Assembly: GCA_021816625.1 (NCBI GenBank)
Contig: JAKAXM010000005.1
Coordinates: forward strand, 534-64,533
DNA: 64,000 bases
DNA from: Pseudomonadota bacterium
GTDB taxonomy: Bacteria > Pseudomonadota > Gammaproteobacteria > Acidiferrobacterales > Acidiferrobacteraceae
Direction of reading: 5' to 3'
The notes under the pieces were generated by a model. The model searched no databases, was not told the origin of the DNA, and saw only the letters and a list, made by a program, of their open reading frames with translations. Position numbers and translations under genes: made by a program. Shown piece by piece: positions 27,255 to 35,923 of the stretch (its first letter is position 1; each line of letters starts with the position of its first letter).

Positions 27255-27366
27255 GGCGGTGACGGTCGACCCCCGCTGTGGCGACCGATCGTAAACCCGG
27301 TCAGGTCCGGAAGGAAGCAGCCGTAGCGATCCGGTCGGGTGCAGTGCAGGGCCGGCCCAAGCCGCC
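27255..27366 (+). ncRNA. ffs: Signal recognition particle RNA (4.5S-type)
   Basis: Contains the conserved domain IV core GGTCAGGTCCGGAAGGAAGCAGCC. The flanking arms pair: GGCGG...GGTCGACCC with GGGCCGGCCC...CCGCC. It sits just upstream of dnaX, a common location. Confidence 0.85.
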
Positions 27367-27397
27367 ACCCCTTGATTTTCAGGTTCCGAGGGACGTC

Positions 27398-29263
27398 ATG
27401 AGCTACCTCGTGCTCGCGCGGAAATGGCGACCCCGGGCATTCCCCGAGCTTTTGGGACAGGATTCGGTGGTGCGCGCCTTGCGGTTTGCGCTCACCGAGG
27501 GCCGCGTCCATCATGCTTACCTCTTTAGCGGCATTCGGGGGGTCGGCAAGACCACGATCGCCCGGCTCCTGGCCAAGGCCTTGAATTGCGAGCGTGGGGT
27601 AGGGGCCGATCCGTGCGGCGTCTGCGCGGCGTGCACCGAGATCGATGGCGGCCGTTTCCCGGATCTGATCGAGGTCGATGCCGCGTCGCGCACGAAGGTG
27701 GATGACACGCGCGAACTGCTGGACAACGTCCAGTACGCACCGACGCGCGGCCGTTATAAGGTGTACCTCATAGACGAGGTCCACATGTTGTCGGCACACA
27801 GTTTCAATGCGCTCCTCAAAACCCTGGAGGAGCCGCCCCCGCACGTCAAATTCATTCTGGCAACCACCGATCCCCAGAAGTTGCCCGTGACCGTGCTCTC
27901 CCGGTGCCAGAAATTCGCCTTACGGCGCCTGTCCGACCAACAGATCCGCGACCACCTGGCCCGGGTCTTGACGGCCGAGGGGCTGGCCTTTGATGACGAG
28001 GGTCTGATGCTCGTGGCGCGCGCCGGCGACGGCAGTGCGCGTGATGCCTTGAGTCTCTTGGACCAAGCCATTGCCGCAGGCCACGGGGCGGTCACCGCAG
28101 CGGCGGTCCGGGAGATGCTGGGGGCGGTAGCGCCCGAGCTCGTTACGCGCATCGTGCGAGCTCTGAGCGGGGCGGATGGGGGCGGTCTCGTGGCCGCCAT
28201 CGATGAGGCCTATTCGCTGGGTGTCGCCCCCGAGGCGCTGCTCGATGATGTCATACGGGCCTGGCACGAGATCGCGATCGCCCAACTCGTGCCCGGTGCA
28301 CACGGACCCGACGAGACATGGACGGTCTTGGGCGCGGGTCTCGCCCCAGAATTGGTACAGCTCTTCTATGAGATCGGTTGTCTGGGGCGCCGGCAGTTGG
28401 CCGCGGCGCCCGACCCGGGGACCGGGGTGCGCATGACCTTTCTGCGTATGCTGGCCTTTCGCCCCCTCGAGGGGGCGCCGCCCCCCCTGCGCGCCGGCAC
28501 AGGCGGTGAGCGGGCGCCGGCGCCGGTGCGCGCCGAGGCGGCCGGGCCGGCCATGGCCGCCCCAGGACCGGTGGCGGGGCGGCCATCGTCCTCACCCTCG
28601 ATGCCGCCGGCGGCGGCCCCGGGGGATTCCCGTCCCGGCCCGCGCGCGGCGAAGGCCTATGCTGCGGACGGTCACGCTTCAGTCCCCGGAGAAGTCCGGA
28701 GGCGGGTGGAGACAGCGGGGCCTTCGCACGTAAGTGCCGGGCGGCGCGGCGCCGCCCTGCATGTGGTGGGGACGGCTGTGGCGGCGACCGATGATGACGA
28801 GGAATCCGCGGTGCCGGGGGCGTGCGCAGCCCTTAGGCCCGGGGCGCCGGAGACGGGAACCGCCGCGGGGTCCGCGGGGCCGGCCGCGGATACCGACGAT
28901 GTCCTAGAGCGCCTGGGCCTGACCGGCCTCATGAAGCATCTGGCCATGAATGCCGTGTTGGAAAAGAGCGGTGCCCAGGTGACGGTGACGGTCGATCCCG
29001 TGGCCGGTAAACTCCTGAATAAGGAGCGCATCGATATTTTAAAGGACGCGCTTTGCGCCTATTATAAGGACCCGGTGACCTTGAGCGTGGTGGTGGGTCC
29101 GGTCAGCGGGACGCCTTCCGATCTCCGGCGCGAGGCCAAAGAGGCCGCGTGGCGCCAGGCCAAGGAGGCGCTGGATTCCGACCCCGGGATCGTGGCGCTT
29201 AAGCGGACCTTCAATGCCCGCATCAATGAGCAATCAATCGAGCCGCGTAGCGAGAAACCATAG
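27398..29263 (+). CDS. dnaX: DNA polymerase III subunit gamma/tau
   Basis: MSYLVLARKWRPRAF, Walker A GIRGVGKTT, DEVHMLS and SRCQKF. A long Pro/Ala-rich linker precedes the tau C-terminal domain. Start at ATG 27398, not 27278, which overlaps the SRP RNA. Confidence 0.95.
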   Translation: MSYLVLARKWRPRAFPELLGQDSVVRALRFALTEGRVHHAYLFSGIRGVGKTTIARLLAKALNCERGVGADPCGVCAACTEIDGGRFPDLIEVDAASRTKVDDTRELLDNVQYAPTRGRYKVYLIDEVHMLSAHSFNALLKTLEEPPPHVKFILATTDPQKLPVTVLSRCQKFALRRLSDQQIRDHLARVLTAEGLAFDDEGLMLVARAGDGSARDALSLLDQAIAAGHGAVTAAAVREMLGAVAPELVTRIVRALSGADGGGLVAAIDEAYSLGVAPEALLDDVIRAWHEIAIAQLVPGAHGPDETWTVLGAGLAPELVQLFYEIGCLGRRQLAAAPDPGTGVRMTFLRMLAFRPLEGAPPPLRAGTGGERAPAPVRAEAAGPAMAAPGPVAGRPSSSPSMPPAAAPGDSRPGPRAAKAYAADGHASVPGEVRRRVETAGPSHVSAGRRGAALHVVGTAVAATDDDEESAVPGACAALRPGAPETGTAAGSAGPAADTDDVLERLGLTGLMKHLAMNAVLEKSGAQVTVTVDPVAGKLLNKERIDILKDALCAYYKDPVTLSVVVGPVSGTPSDLRREAKEAAWRQAKEALDSDPGIVALKRTFNARINEQSIEPRSEKP

Positions 29264-29272
29264 GAGCATGAG

Positions 29273-29593
29273 ATGAAAGGTGGGATTGGGCAGCTCATGA
29301 AACAGGCGCAAGCGATGCAAGAGAACTTGCGCAAGGCGCAATCGGAGCTCGCTGCGCTCGAGGTCGAGGGTCAGGCCGGAGGCGGGCTCGTGCGCGTCAC
29401 GATGACCTGCCGCCACGACGTCCGCCGGGTCCAGCTCGCGGAATCCTTGATGACAGAGGATCGCGAAGTCGTCGAAGACCTCGTCGCCGCGGCCATGAAC
29501 GACGCGGCCCGCAAGGCCGAGGAGTTGAGCCAGGAGCGGCTTTCCGGCCTGACCGCGGGCCTCAATATCCCCGGCCTCAATCTGCCCTTTTAG
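29273..29593 (+). CDS. ybaB: YbaB/EbfC nucleoid-associated protein
   Basis: [26 protein letters not shown] is the canonical N-terminus. It lies in a dnaX-ybaB-recR arrangement. Confidence 0.9.
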   Translation: MKGGIGQLMKQAQAMQENLRKAQSELAALEVEGQAGGGLVRVTMTCRHDVRRVQLAESLMTEDREVVEDLVAAAMNDAARKAEELSQERLSGLTAGLNIPGLNLPF

Positions 29594-29596
29594 CCC

Positions 29597-30196
29597 TTGA
29601 CCGACGATACGAAGGCGCTTGAGGACCTAAAGCGTGCCCTGCGTCGCCTGCCGGGCATAGGGGCGAAGTCCGCCCAGCGCATGGCCTTCCATCTCCTCGG
29701 GCGTGATCGGGCCGCGGCCCGCGATATCGCGGAGGCTTTGCTGCGCGCAGTGGACCGGATCGGGCATTGTCAGCGTTGCAATAATTTTAGTGAGGCCGAG
29801 CTCTGTCCGATCTGCCGCTCGGGGCGGCGCGATGGCGGGCTTTTGTGTGTCGTCGAATCGCCTGCCGATCTCGTGTCCATGGAGCAATCGGGGGCCTTTA
29901 CGGGCACGTATTTCGTGCTGATGGGGCGGCTCTCGCCCCTCGATGGCATAGGACCGGACGAACTGGGTCTGCACAAGCTCGAGGCCTTGTTCGACGGGGG
30001 CGGCGTGCGTGAGGTCATATTGGCGACCAATGCCACAGTCGAAGGGGAGGCCACCGCGCATTACATAGGAGAACTGGCCCGCCAACGCAATCTGCTGGCG
30101 ACCCGTATCGCCTATGGGGTGCCGATCGGCGGTGAACTCGAATATATTGACCGGGGCACGCTCGCACGCGCCTTTTCAGGGCGGCGCGAGGCGTAA
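29597..30196 (+). CDS. recR: Recombination protein RecR
   Basis: [11 protein letters not shown] HhH motif, C4 zinc finger [16 protein letters not shown] and a Toprim domain. Confidence 0.95.
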   Translation: MTDDTKALEDLKRALRRLPGIGAKSAQRMAFHLLGRDRAAARDIAEALLRAVDRIGHCQRCNNFSEAELCPICRSGRRDGGLLCVVESPADLVSMEQSGAFTGTYFVLMGRLSPLDGIGPDELGLHKLEALFDGGGVREVILATNATVEGEATAHYIGELARQRNLLATRIAYGVPIGGELEYIDRGTLARAFSGRREA

Positions 30197-30221
30197 GGTT
30201 TTTCGCGCAAAGCCCGGGTCG

Positions 30222-30554
30222 CTAGAGTTCGAGCGCGTCGATCTTGGCGGCACAGATGAAATCGTTTTCGCTCAGGCCGCCGACGGCGTGGGTCTGATAA
30301 CGGACCACGCACTCCTTATAGCCCACCTGCAGGTCCGGATGATGATCTTCGCGGTTGGCGATGTAGGCGATGGCGTTGACGAAGGCCATGGTCTCGTAGA
30401 AATTGCCAAAACCGAAGGTTCGCGACAGGGCCCGGCCCGCCTCCACGAGTGTCCATTTCGGGATCTGGGCCATGAGGGCTTGGGCATGGGATGGGGTGAT
30501 AGCGGGTGTGCCTCCCTCGCAGGGGCGGCAGGTCTGGCGGCGTAGGTCGGTCAT
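30222..30554 (-). CDS. phhB: Pterin-4-alpha-carbinolamine dehydratase
   Basis: 110 aa with the REDHHPDL...Y...H...D motif typical of PCD/DCoH. Confidence 0.85.
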   Translation of the reverse strand: MTDLRRQTCRPCEGGTPAITPSHAQALMAQIPKWTLVEAGRALSRTFGFGNFYETMAFVNAIAYIANREDHHPDLQVGYKECVVRYQTHAVGGLSENDFICAAKIDALEL

Positions 30555-30711
30555 AGGTCTCCTCGTATTGCTGGATGTGGGGTTGCGGGGCCCGCAGGCG
30601 GGTCGCGCCCGGGCCTACGCGGCGGCGCCGTGGGCGACCGCGAGCCCCTATGATACAGTGCAGGCACTGTGGACGCGCACGACCCGTACCCCATTTTGAA
30701 CGGAGATTGGC

Positions 30712-31269
30712 ATGGCGCAAGACCCTAACGCACTCGTCTGGATCGATCTGGAAATGACCGGTTTGCGTCCCGATACCGATGCCATCATAGAGATCGCCAC
30801 CGTGGTGACGGATAGCGAGTTGAACATCGTGGCCGAGGGGCCGGTGCTCGCCATCTATCAGCCGGAATCGATTTTGCGGGGCATGGATGATTGGAATCGC
30901 AGGACGCATGGGCACTCGGGCCTAATCGACCGGATCCGGGCGACGACTGTGGATGTAGCCGAGGCGGAGCGTCAGACGCTCGCCTTCCTGGAGCCCCTGG
31001 TTCCCAAAAACCGCTCCCCTCTGTGCGGTAACAGTATCTGTCAGGATCGCCGCTTCCTCGCGCGCCTCATGCCGACGCTCGAGGGCTACGTGCATTACCG
31101 CAATCTCGACGTGAGTAGCATAAAGGAGCTGGTGCGCCGCTGGCGGCCGGATTTGTGCGCGGGGTTTGTGAAGCAAAACACGCACCGGGCCTTAGACGAT
31201 ATCCTCGAGTCGATCGCCGAGCTCCGCTATTACCGAAGTCACCTCTTCCCCGCCCATGGGCCCGGCTGA
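30712..31269 (+). CDS. orn: Oligoribonuclease
   Basis: [22 protein letters not shown] and HRALDDI DEDDh exonuclease motifs. Confidence 0.95.
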   Translation: MAQDPNALVWIDLEMTGLRPDTDAIIEIATVVTDSELNIVAEGPVLAIYQPESILRGMDDWNRRTHGHSGLIDRIRATTVDVAEAERQTLAFLEPLVPKNRSPLCGNSICQDRRFLARLMPTLEGYVHYRNLDVSSIKELVRRWRPDLCAGFVKQNTHRALDDILESIAELRYYRSHLFPAHGPG

Positions 31270-32662
31270 CACCGACTCGCTGCCGCTTTATGACGGCGCA
31301 GCGCTTACAGCATGGAACGGCCGGCGCCAAGCCGCGGCCATCTCGCCTGCCAGCGTGGACGCGCAGGTGGCGGAGGCCTTGCTCGCGCTTATCACCCGGC
31401 GCTGTCCGGACGTCCGGCGGGTGGCGGTGCTGATCGGTGCCGGCGGAAACGGACGCCAGGCGGCGGCCTTCCTCAAACGCTGTCGGACCACGGCGTGGCA
31501 GGCCGTCGGTGTAGACGGCCGCCAGGCGCAGGGCGCAAAGGGCCTGCTGCCCCCCTGTGATGCGATCGTCGATGGCTTGGTCGGCACGGGCCTGCATGGA
31601 CCCTTGTCTGCGCCGTATCGGGCCCTCGGGGCGCATGTCCGTGCCAGCGGGCGCCCGGTGTTCGCGCTCGACGGTCCAACGGGCCTCGACCTCGCGACCG
31701 GACGGGTCGCGGAGGGCGCGATTCGGGCCCATTTTACGCTCTTTTGCGCAACGGCGAAGGTCGGGGCCCTGACCGGGGCCGGCCGCGAGTATAGCGGAGA
31801 GACCCTGACGGCCGAGGTGGGCGTGCCCGGTGTGCTCGATGAGGTCTCCGTATGTATCCCGGGTGCACGCGCCCTCCAGGCGCTGGTGCCGCGCCGGCCG
31901 CAGGATGCGCACAAAGGCCGTGCCGGCACGCTTGCGGTGGTAGGTGGGGATCGTGGCATGCCGGGAGCGGTGCGCATGGCGGCCACCGCGGCCTACCGCA
32001 GCGGCGCCGGACTTGTCATGGCGGTCGTGCATGCGGGGCATGCCGCCGTGCTGGCGGCGGCATTCCCCGAGCTCATGGCCTTTGCCGCGAACGCGCGCAC
32101 CATCCCCTGGTCGCGTGTCGATGCACTCCTCGTAGGGTCGGGCTTGGGTCGCCGCGATTGGGGGGCGCGACTATGGGAGGAGGTTTTGGCGATGGGGCAA
32201 CCCCTGGTCGTCGATGGCGATGGCCTCTATTGGCTCGCGCAGGCGCCGCGCGCGCGGGCCGATTGGGTACTGACGCCCCATGAAGGTGAGGCCGCGCGCC
32301 TGCTCCATACGACGGTTACCGCCGTCAGCGCCGATCGTCGGGCGGCCGCCACCGAGATCGCACGGCGCTTCGGAGGGGTGTGTGTCCTGAAGGGCGCGGG
32401 CACCCTCATCGCCGGCGGTGGCAGGACGTGGCTATGTCCGGCCGGCAATCCCGGCATGGCGACGGCCGGCATGGGCGACGCCCTTGCGGGCACGATCGCA
32501 GGCCTTATGGTGCAGGGGCTTGCGCCGCCCGAGGCGGCTCGTCTGGGGGTGTTTGTGCATGCCCATGCCGGCGATAGGGCGGCGCAGGCGATAGGCGCCA
32601 CGGGACTTCTGACCTCCGATCTTACGGCTTGCGTGCCTGCAAGCCTTACGGCCTTGCGATGA
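31256..32662 (+). CDS. nnr: Bifunctional NAD(P)H-hydrate repair enzyme (epimerase/dehydratase)
   Basis: YjeF N-terminal and C-terminal domains: [13 protein letters not shown] and [11 protein letters not shown]. It is followed by tsaE, as in the yjeF-yjeE clusters. Confidence 0.85.
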   Translation: MGPADTDSLPLYDGAALTAWNGRRQAAAISPASVDAQVAEALLALITRRCPDVRRVAVLIGAGGNGRQAAAFLKRCRTTAWQAVGVDGRQAQGAKGLLPPCDAIVDGLVGTGLHGPLSAPYRALGAHVRASGRPVFALDGPTGLDLATGRVAEGAIRAHFTLFCATAKVGALTGAGREYSGETLTAEVGVPGVLDEVSVCIPGARALQALVPRRPQDAHKGRAGTLAVVGGDRGMPGAVRMAATAAYRSGAGLVMAVVHAGHAAVLAAAFPELMAFAANARTIPWSRVDALLVGSGLGRRDWGARLWEEVLAMGQPLVVDGDGLYWLAQAPRARADWVLTPHEGEAARLLHTTVTAVSADRRAAATEIARRFGGVCVLKGAGTLIAGGGRTWLCPAGNPGMATAGMGDALAGTIAGLMVQGLAPPEAARLGVFVHAHAGDRAAQAIGATGLLTSDLTACVPASLTALR

Positions 32663-33108
32663 GATTCACGCTTAAAGACTGGGAGTCCACGCACCGTCTG
32701 GGTGCCGCGCTCGCGCGCGCCCTGGCCCCGGGCGACGAGGTCTGGCTGCGCGGCGAGCTTGGGAGCGGCAAGACCGCCCTGGCCGGCGCTGTGATTGCGG
32801 CCTTGGGCCACACCGGTTCCGTCAAAAGCCCTACTTACACCCTCGTCGAAGAGTATGTGTTGGGCGGTTTGCGCATCGTGCATGCCGACCTCTATCGTCT
32901 GCGCGCGCCCGAGGAACTGGTGGCGCTGGGGTGGTGGGATTATCAGGACGGACGCACGGTCACGCTCGTGGAGTGGCCGGAGCGGGCCGGGGGTCTGGTG
33001 CGCGGGGATGTTGACGTTTGGCTTACGGTCACCGATGATGACAGACAGGCCCAGCTGCGTGGCTTATCACAACGGGGAGCAGCGGTGGTAGACAGCCTAA
33101 AGCCGTGA
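32659..33108 (+). CDS. tsaE: tRNA t6A biosynthesis ATPase TsaE
   Basis: LRGELGSGKTALAG P-loop, SPTYTLVEEY and HADLYRL. ATGA overlap with nnr. Confidence 0.85.
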   Translation: MRFTLKDWESTHRLGAALARALAPGDEVWLRGELGSGKTALAGAVIAALGHTGSVKSPTYTLVEEYVLGGLRIVHADLYRLRAPEELVALGWWDYQDGRTVTLVEWPERAGGLVRGDVDVWLTVTDDDRQAQLRGLSQRGAAVVDSLKP

Positions 33109-34406
33109 ATCAGCGACTCTATGTCATCGTAACGGCGGTCCTGTTAGGGATTGCCGGCCGCGCCTATGCGCTCGTGGCCATCGGCCGTCCGCTCGTCCAT
33201 AGCACCCCGCATGCCTTGATCATCCGTCTCGCGCCCCATCGTCACGTTGTCTGGCGGTCGTTCGTCTTGGTGGGACCGCCCCGCATCGTGGTCGATCTGC
33301 ACGGGGCCGTGCTACCGGGCGGGAAGGCCGATTGGCCGGAGCATCGGGGCGACTTGCAGGATATCCGAGCCTTTGTCCATCGCAGCGGCATGGTGCGTCT
33401 GGTGTTGGACCTCGCCCATCCAGTCCATTATGCGATCAGCGCCTTGCCAGGTGGCCTTACGGTTTCGATCGCAACACGCGGACCGTCAGTGCGGCCGGCA
33501 GCAGCCGCGCTTGCACCCGCGGTTGCGACGGTGACCGCCCCGGCCCCGCCCCCCGACATGGTAATTGCGGTCGACCCGGGCCATGGGGGCATCGATACCG
33601 GTGCCTGCGGCATCGATCATATCTGCGAAAAGAACGTCGTTTTGCGCATCGGCCGGGATCTGGCGGCGCTCATCGATGCCACGCCCGGTTTTAAGGCCTT
33701 CCTGACCCGCACCGGCGATTACTACGTGCCGCTGCGCGAACGGGTTGCGCTCGCCCAGGCCCACCACGCAGCGGCGTTCATATCCATCCATGCGAATTCA
33801 CTGCCGCGCGGCGAGGTGTCCGATGTGCGCGGTGCCGAGGTCTTCATCCTCTCGCAGCGGGGCGTGGGGCGCGAGGCGCGCTGGCTTGCGCGTAGTGAAA
33901 ACGCGGCGGACCAGAGCGGGGATGTCCATTTTGGGGCCGGCGGCGGGCTTTTGCACAATATCCTGCTGAACATGACCCAAAATGGCACGCGCCGTGCGAG
34001 CTATGATCTCGCCTCCGACATCCTGCAGGCCCTGCACGCCGTGGGTCCGGTGCACGTCAATCACGTCGAGAAGGCGAATTTCATGGTTCTCTTGTCGCCC
34101 ACCATCCCGTCGGTATTGATCGAGACCGCTTTTATCTCGAACCCGCAAGAGGCGCTGCTACTCAATGAACCGGCTTACGATGAGCATATCGCGCATGCGA
34201 TCTGGGAGGGGGTCATGCGCGATGCCCCGCGTCTACGCGCCCGGCTTGGGCTTGCGCCCGGCCCGCAGCTCTATGTCGTGCGCGCCGGGGAGACATTGTC
34301 GGGGATTGCGGCACGCTTTCACGTCTCGATTGCAGCCTTGCGCGCCGCGAACGATTTGCGCGGAACTTTGGAGGCGGGTGCATCCCTACGGATTCCTCCC
34401 GGATAG
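33105..34406 (+). CDS. N-acetylmuramoyl-L-alanine amidase with AMIN and LysM domains
   Basis: Amidase_3 motifs (VIAVDPGHGGIDTGA, FISIHANS, VLIETAFISN) plus a C-terminal LysM (YVVRAGETLSGIAARF). Confidence 0.85.
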   Translation: MNQRLYVIVTAVLLGIAGRAYALVAIGRPLVHSTPHALIIRLAPHRHVVWRSFVLVGPPRIVVDLHGAVLPGGKADWPEHRGDLQDIRAFVHRSGMVRLVLDLAHPVHYAISALPGGLTVSIATRGPSVRPAAAALAPAVATVTAPAPPPDMVIAVDPGHGGIDTGACGIDHICEKNVVLRIGRDLAALIDATPGFKAFLTRTGDYYVPLRERVALAQAHHAAAFISIHANSLPRGEVSDVRGAEVFILSQRGVGREARWLARSENAADQSGDVHFGAGGGLLHNILLNMTQNGTRRASYDLASDILQALHAVGPVHVNHVEKANFMVLLSPTIPSVLIETAFISNPQEALLLNEPAYDEHIAHAIWEGVMRDAPRLRARLGLAPGPQLYVVRAGETLSGIAARFHVSIAALRAANDLRGTLEAGASLRIPPG

Positions 34407-34456
34407 GGCCGGTCGCCGAGATATTCATCATGTATGTTTAAGGAGCGACGCAGGCT

Positions 34457-35908
34457 GTGATCAAAACCTGGTTTAGGACGAAGGCGATCGGCACGGTGCA
34501 GGCCGATACCGGCCTCAGGCGTTGCCTGACGACCGCCGATCTCGTGTTCCTGGGGATCGGAGGCATCATTGGCGCGGGCATCTTCGTCCTGACGGGCGTG
34601 GCCGCCGCCCGTGATGCGGGACCGGGGATCGTCCTATCGTTTTTGATTTCGGGGCTTGCCTGCACCTTTACGGCGCTCTCCTATGCCGAGTTCGCCGCGG
34701 CCGTCGGGGGTAGCGGCAGCGCCTACGGTTATGCCTACGCGGGGCTAGGCGAGATCGTGGCCTGGGTCGTGGGCTGGGACCTCTTTTTGGAGTACGGGGT
34801 CGCGACCGCCGCCGTCGCCATCGGCTGGTCGGGTTATGTCCGCAATGCCCTGTCATCCGTGGGCATACACTTGCCGCTTGCCGTGACCCAAGTGAACATC
34901 GATGCCATCGCCGCTTGGGGTCTTGGGGTGCTCGGCAAGCCCGTGCCGGCGGCCATCGCCGCCCAGGCTGCGACCGGCGGCTTCGTCAACGTCCCGGCGG
35001 CTGCCATCATCCTGCTTTTAAGTATCGTACTCGCCCTCGGGGTCCGTCAGAGCGCGGTCTTCAACAGTCTTATGGTGGTCGTGAAGCTTGCCGTGATCGC
35101 GCTTTTCATCGCGGTGGCGGCCTTTCATGTGACTCCGGGCAATTGGCACCCGTTTTTACCCTTTGGTTTTCATGGCGTCATGCGCGGTGCGGCCCTTATT
35201 TTCTTTTCCTATATCGGCTTCGACGCCGTGTCGACGGCCGCCGAGGAGACGCGCAACCCCCAGCATTCGCTGCCGATCGGCATCATCGCATCCCTGCTCG
35301 TATGTACGGTGATTTATACGGTGGTAGCCGGTCTTTTGACGAGCATCGTGCCCTATTTTACGCTCGATACCGCCTCGCCGGTCGCGCAATCGATGCTGAG
35401 CTTAAACTATCCGTTGGTGGCGCTTTTGATTGGGATCGGGGCCATCATCGGGCTTACGAGCGTGATGTTGGTCTTGTTTTACGGGCTTACCCGGATCTTT
35501 TTGGCCATGGCCCGTGACGGGCTGTTGCCCGATGCCTTCGCGGCCGTCAACGCGCGTACGCGCACCCCGGTGCGGGTGATCCTGATCTGCGGCCTGGTCA
35601 TGGCCTGCATTGCCGGGCTTACGCCGATCGCGTACGTCGCCGAGCTCGTGAATATCGGGACCTTGTCGGCATTTACCATCGTATGCCTGGGCGTTTTGGT
35701 CCTGCGCCGGACGCGCCCGGACCTCAAGCGCCCGTTCCGCGCCCCGGGCGGGCCCTTCGTCCCGCTGCTCGGCATGGCCTTTTGTATCTACCTCATGACC
35801 AACCTTCCCCTCTTTACGTGGGTCCGCTTCGTGGTCTGGTTTGTCATCGGGCTCGTCGTCTACATAGCCTACGGGCGCCGGCACAGCCGTTTAGTCGCAG
35901 AGGGCTGA
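34457..35908 (+). CDS. APC-family amino acid permease
   Basis: 483 aa with about 12-13 TM helices. FLGIGGIIGAGIFVLTG and FSYIGFDAVSTAAEE motifs. Confidence 0.85.
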   Translation: MIKTWFRTKAIGTVQADTGLRRCLTTADLVFLGIGGIIGAGIFVLTGVAAARDAGPGIVLSFLISGLACTFTALSYAEFAAAVGGSGSAYGYAYAGLGEIVAWVVGWDLFLEYGVATAAVAIGWSGYVRNALSSVGIHLPLAVTQVNIDAIAAWGLGVLGKPVPAAIAAQAATGGFVNVPAAAIILLLSIVLALGVRQSAVFNSLMVVVKLAVIALFIAVAAFHVTPGNWHPFLPFGFHGVMRGAALIFFSYIGFDAVSTAAEETRNPQHSLPIGIIASLLVCTVIYTVVAGLLTSIVPYFTLDTASPVAQSMLSLNYPLVALLIGIGAIIGLTSVMLVLFYGLTRIFLAMARDGLLPDAFAAVNARTRTPVRVILICGLVMACIAGLTPIAYVAELVNIGTLSAFTIVCLGVLVLRRTRPDLKRPFRAPGGPFVPLLGMAFCIYLMTNLPLFTWVRFVVWFVIGLVVYIAYGRRHSRLVAEG

Positions 35909-35923
35909 GTACACGTCCGGGGA

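Noticed and set aside
31067-32041. 324-aa and 232-aa minus-strand ORFs inside nnr
   Set aside because: They are antisense to a CDS with clear YjeF N-terminal and C-terminal motifs, and their composition is Arg/Ala/Pro-biased. Artefacts.
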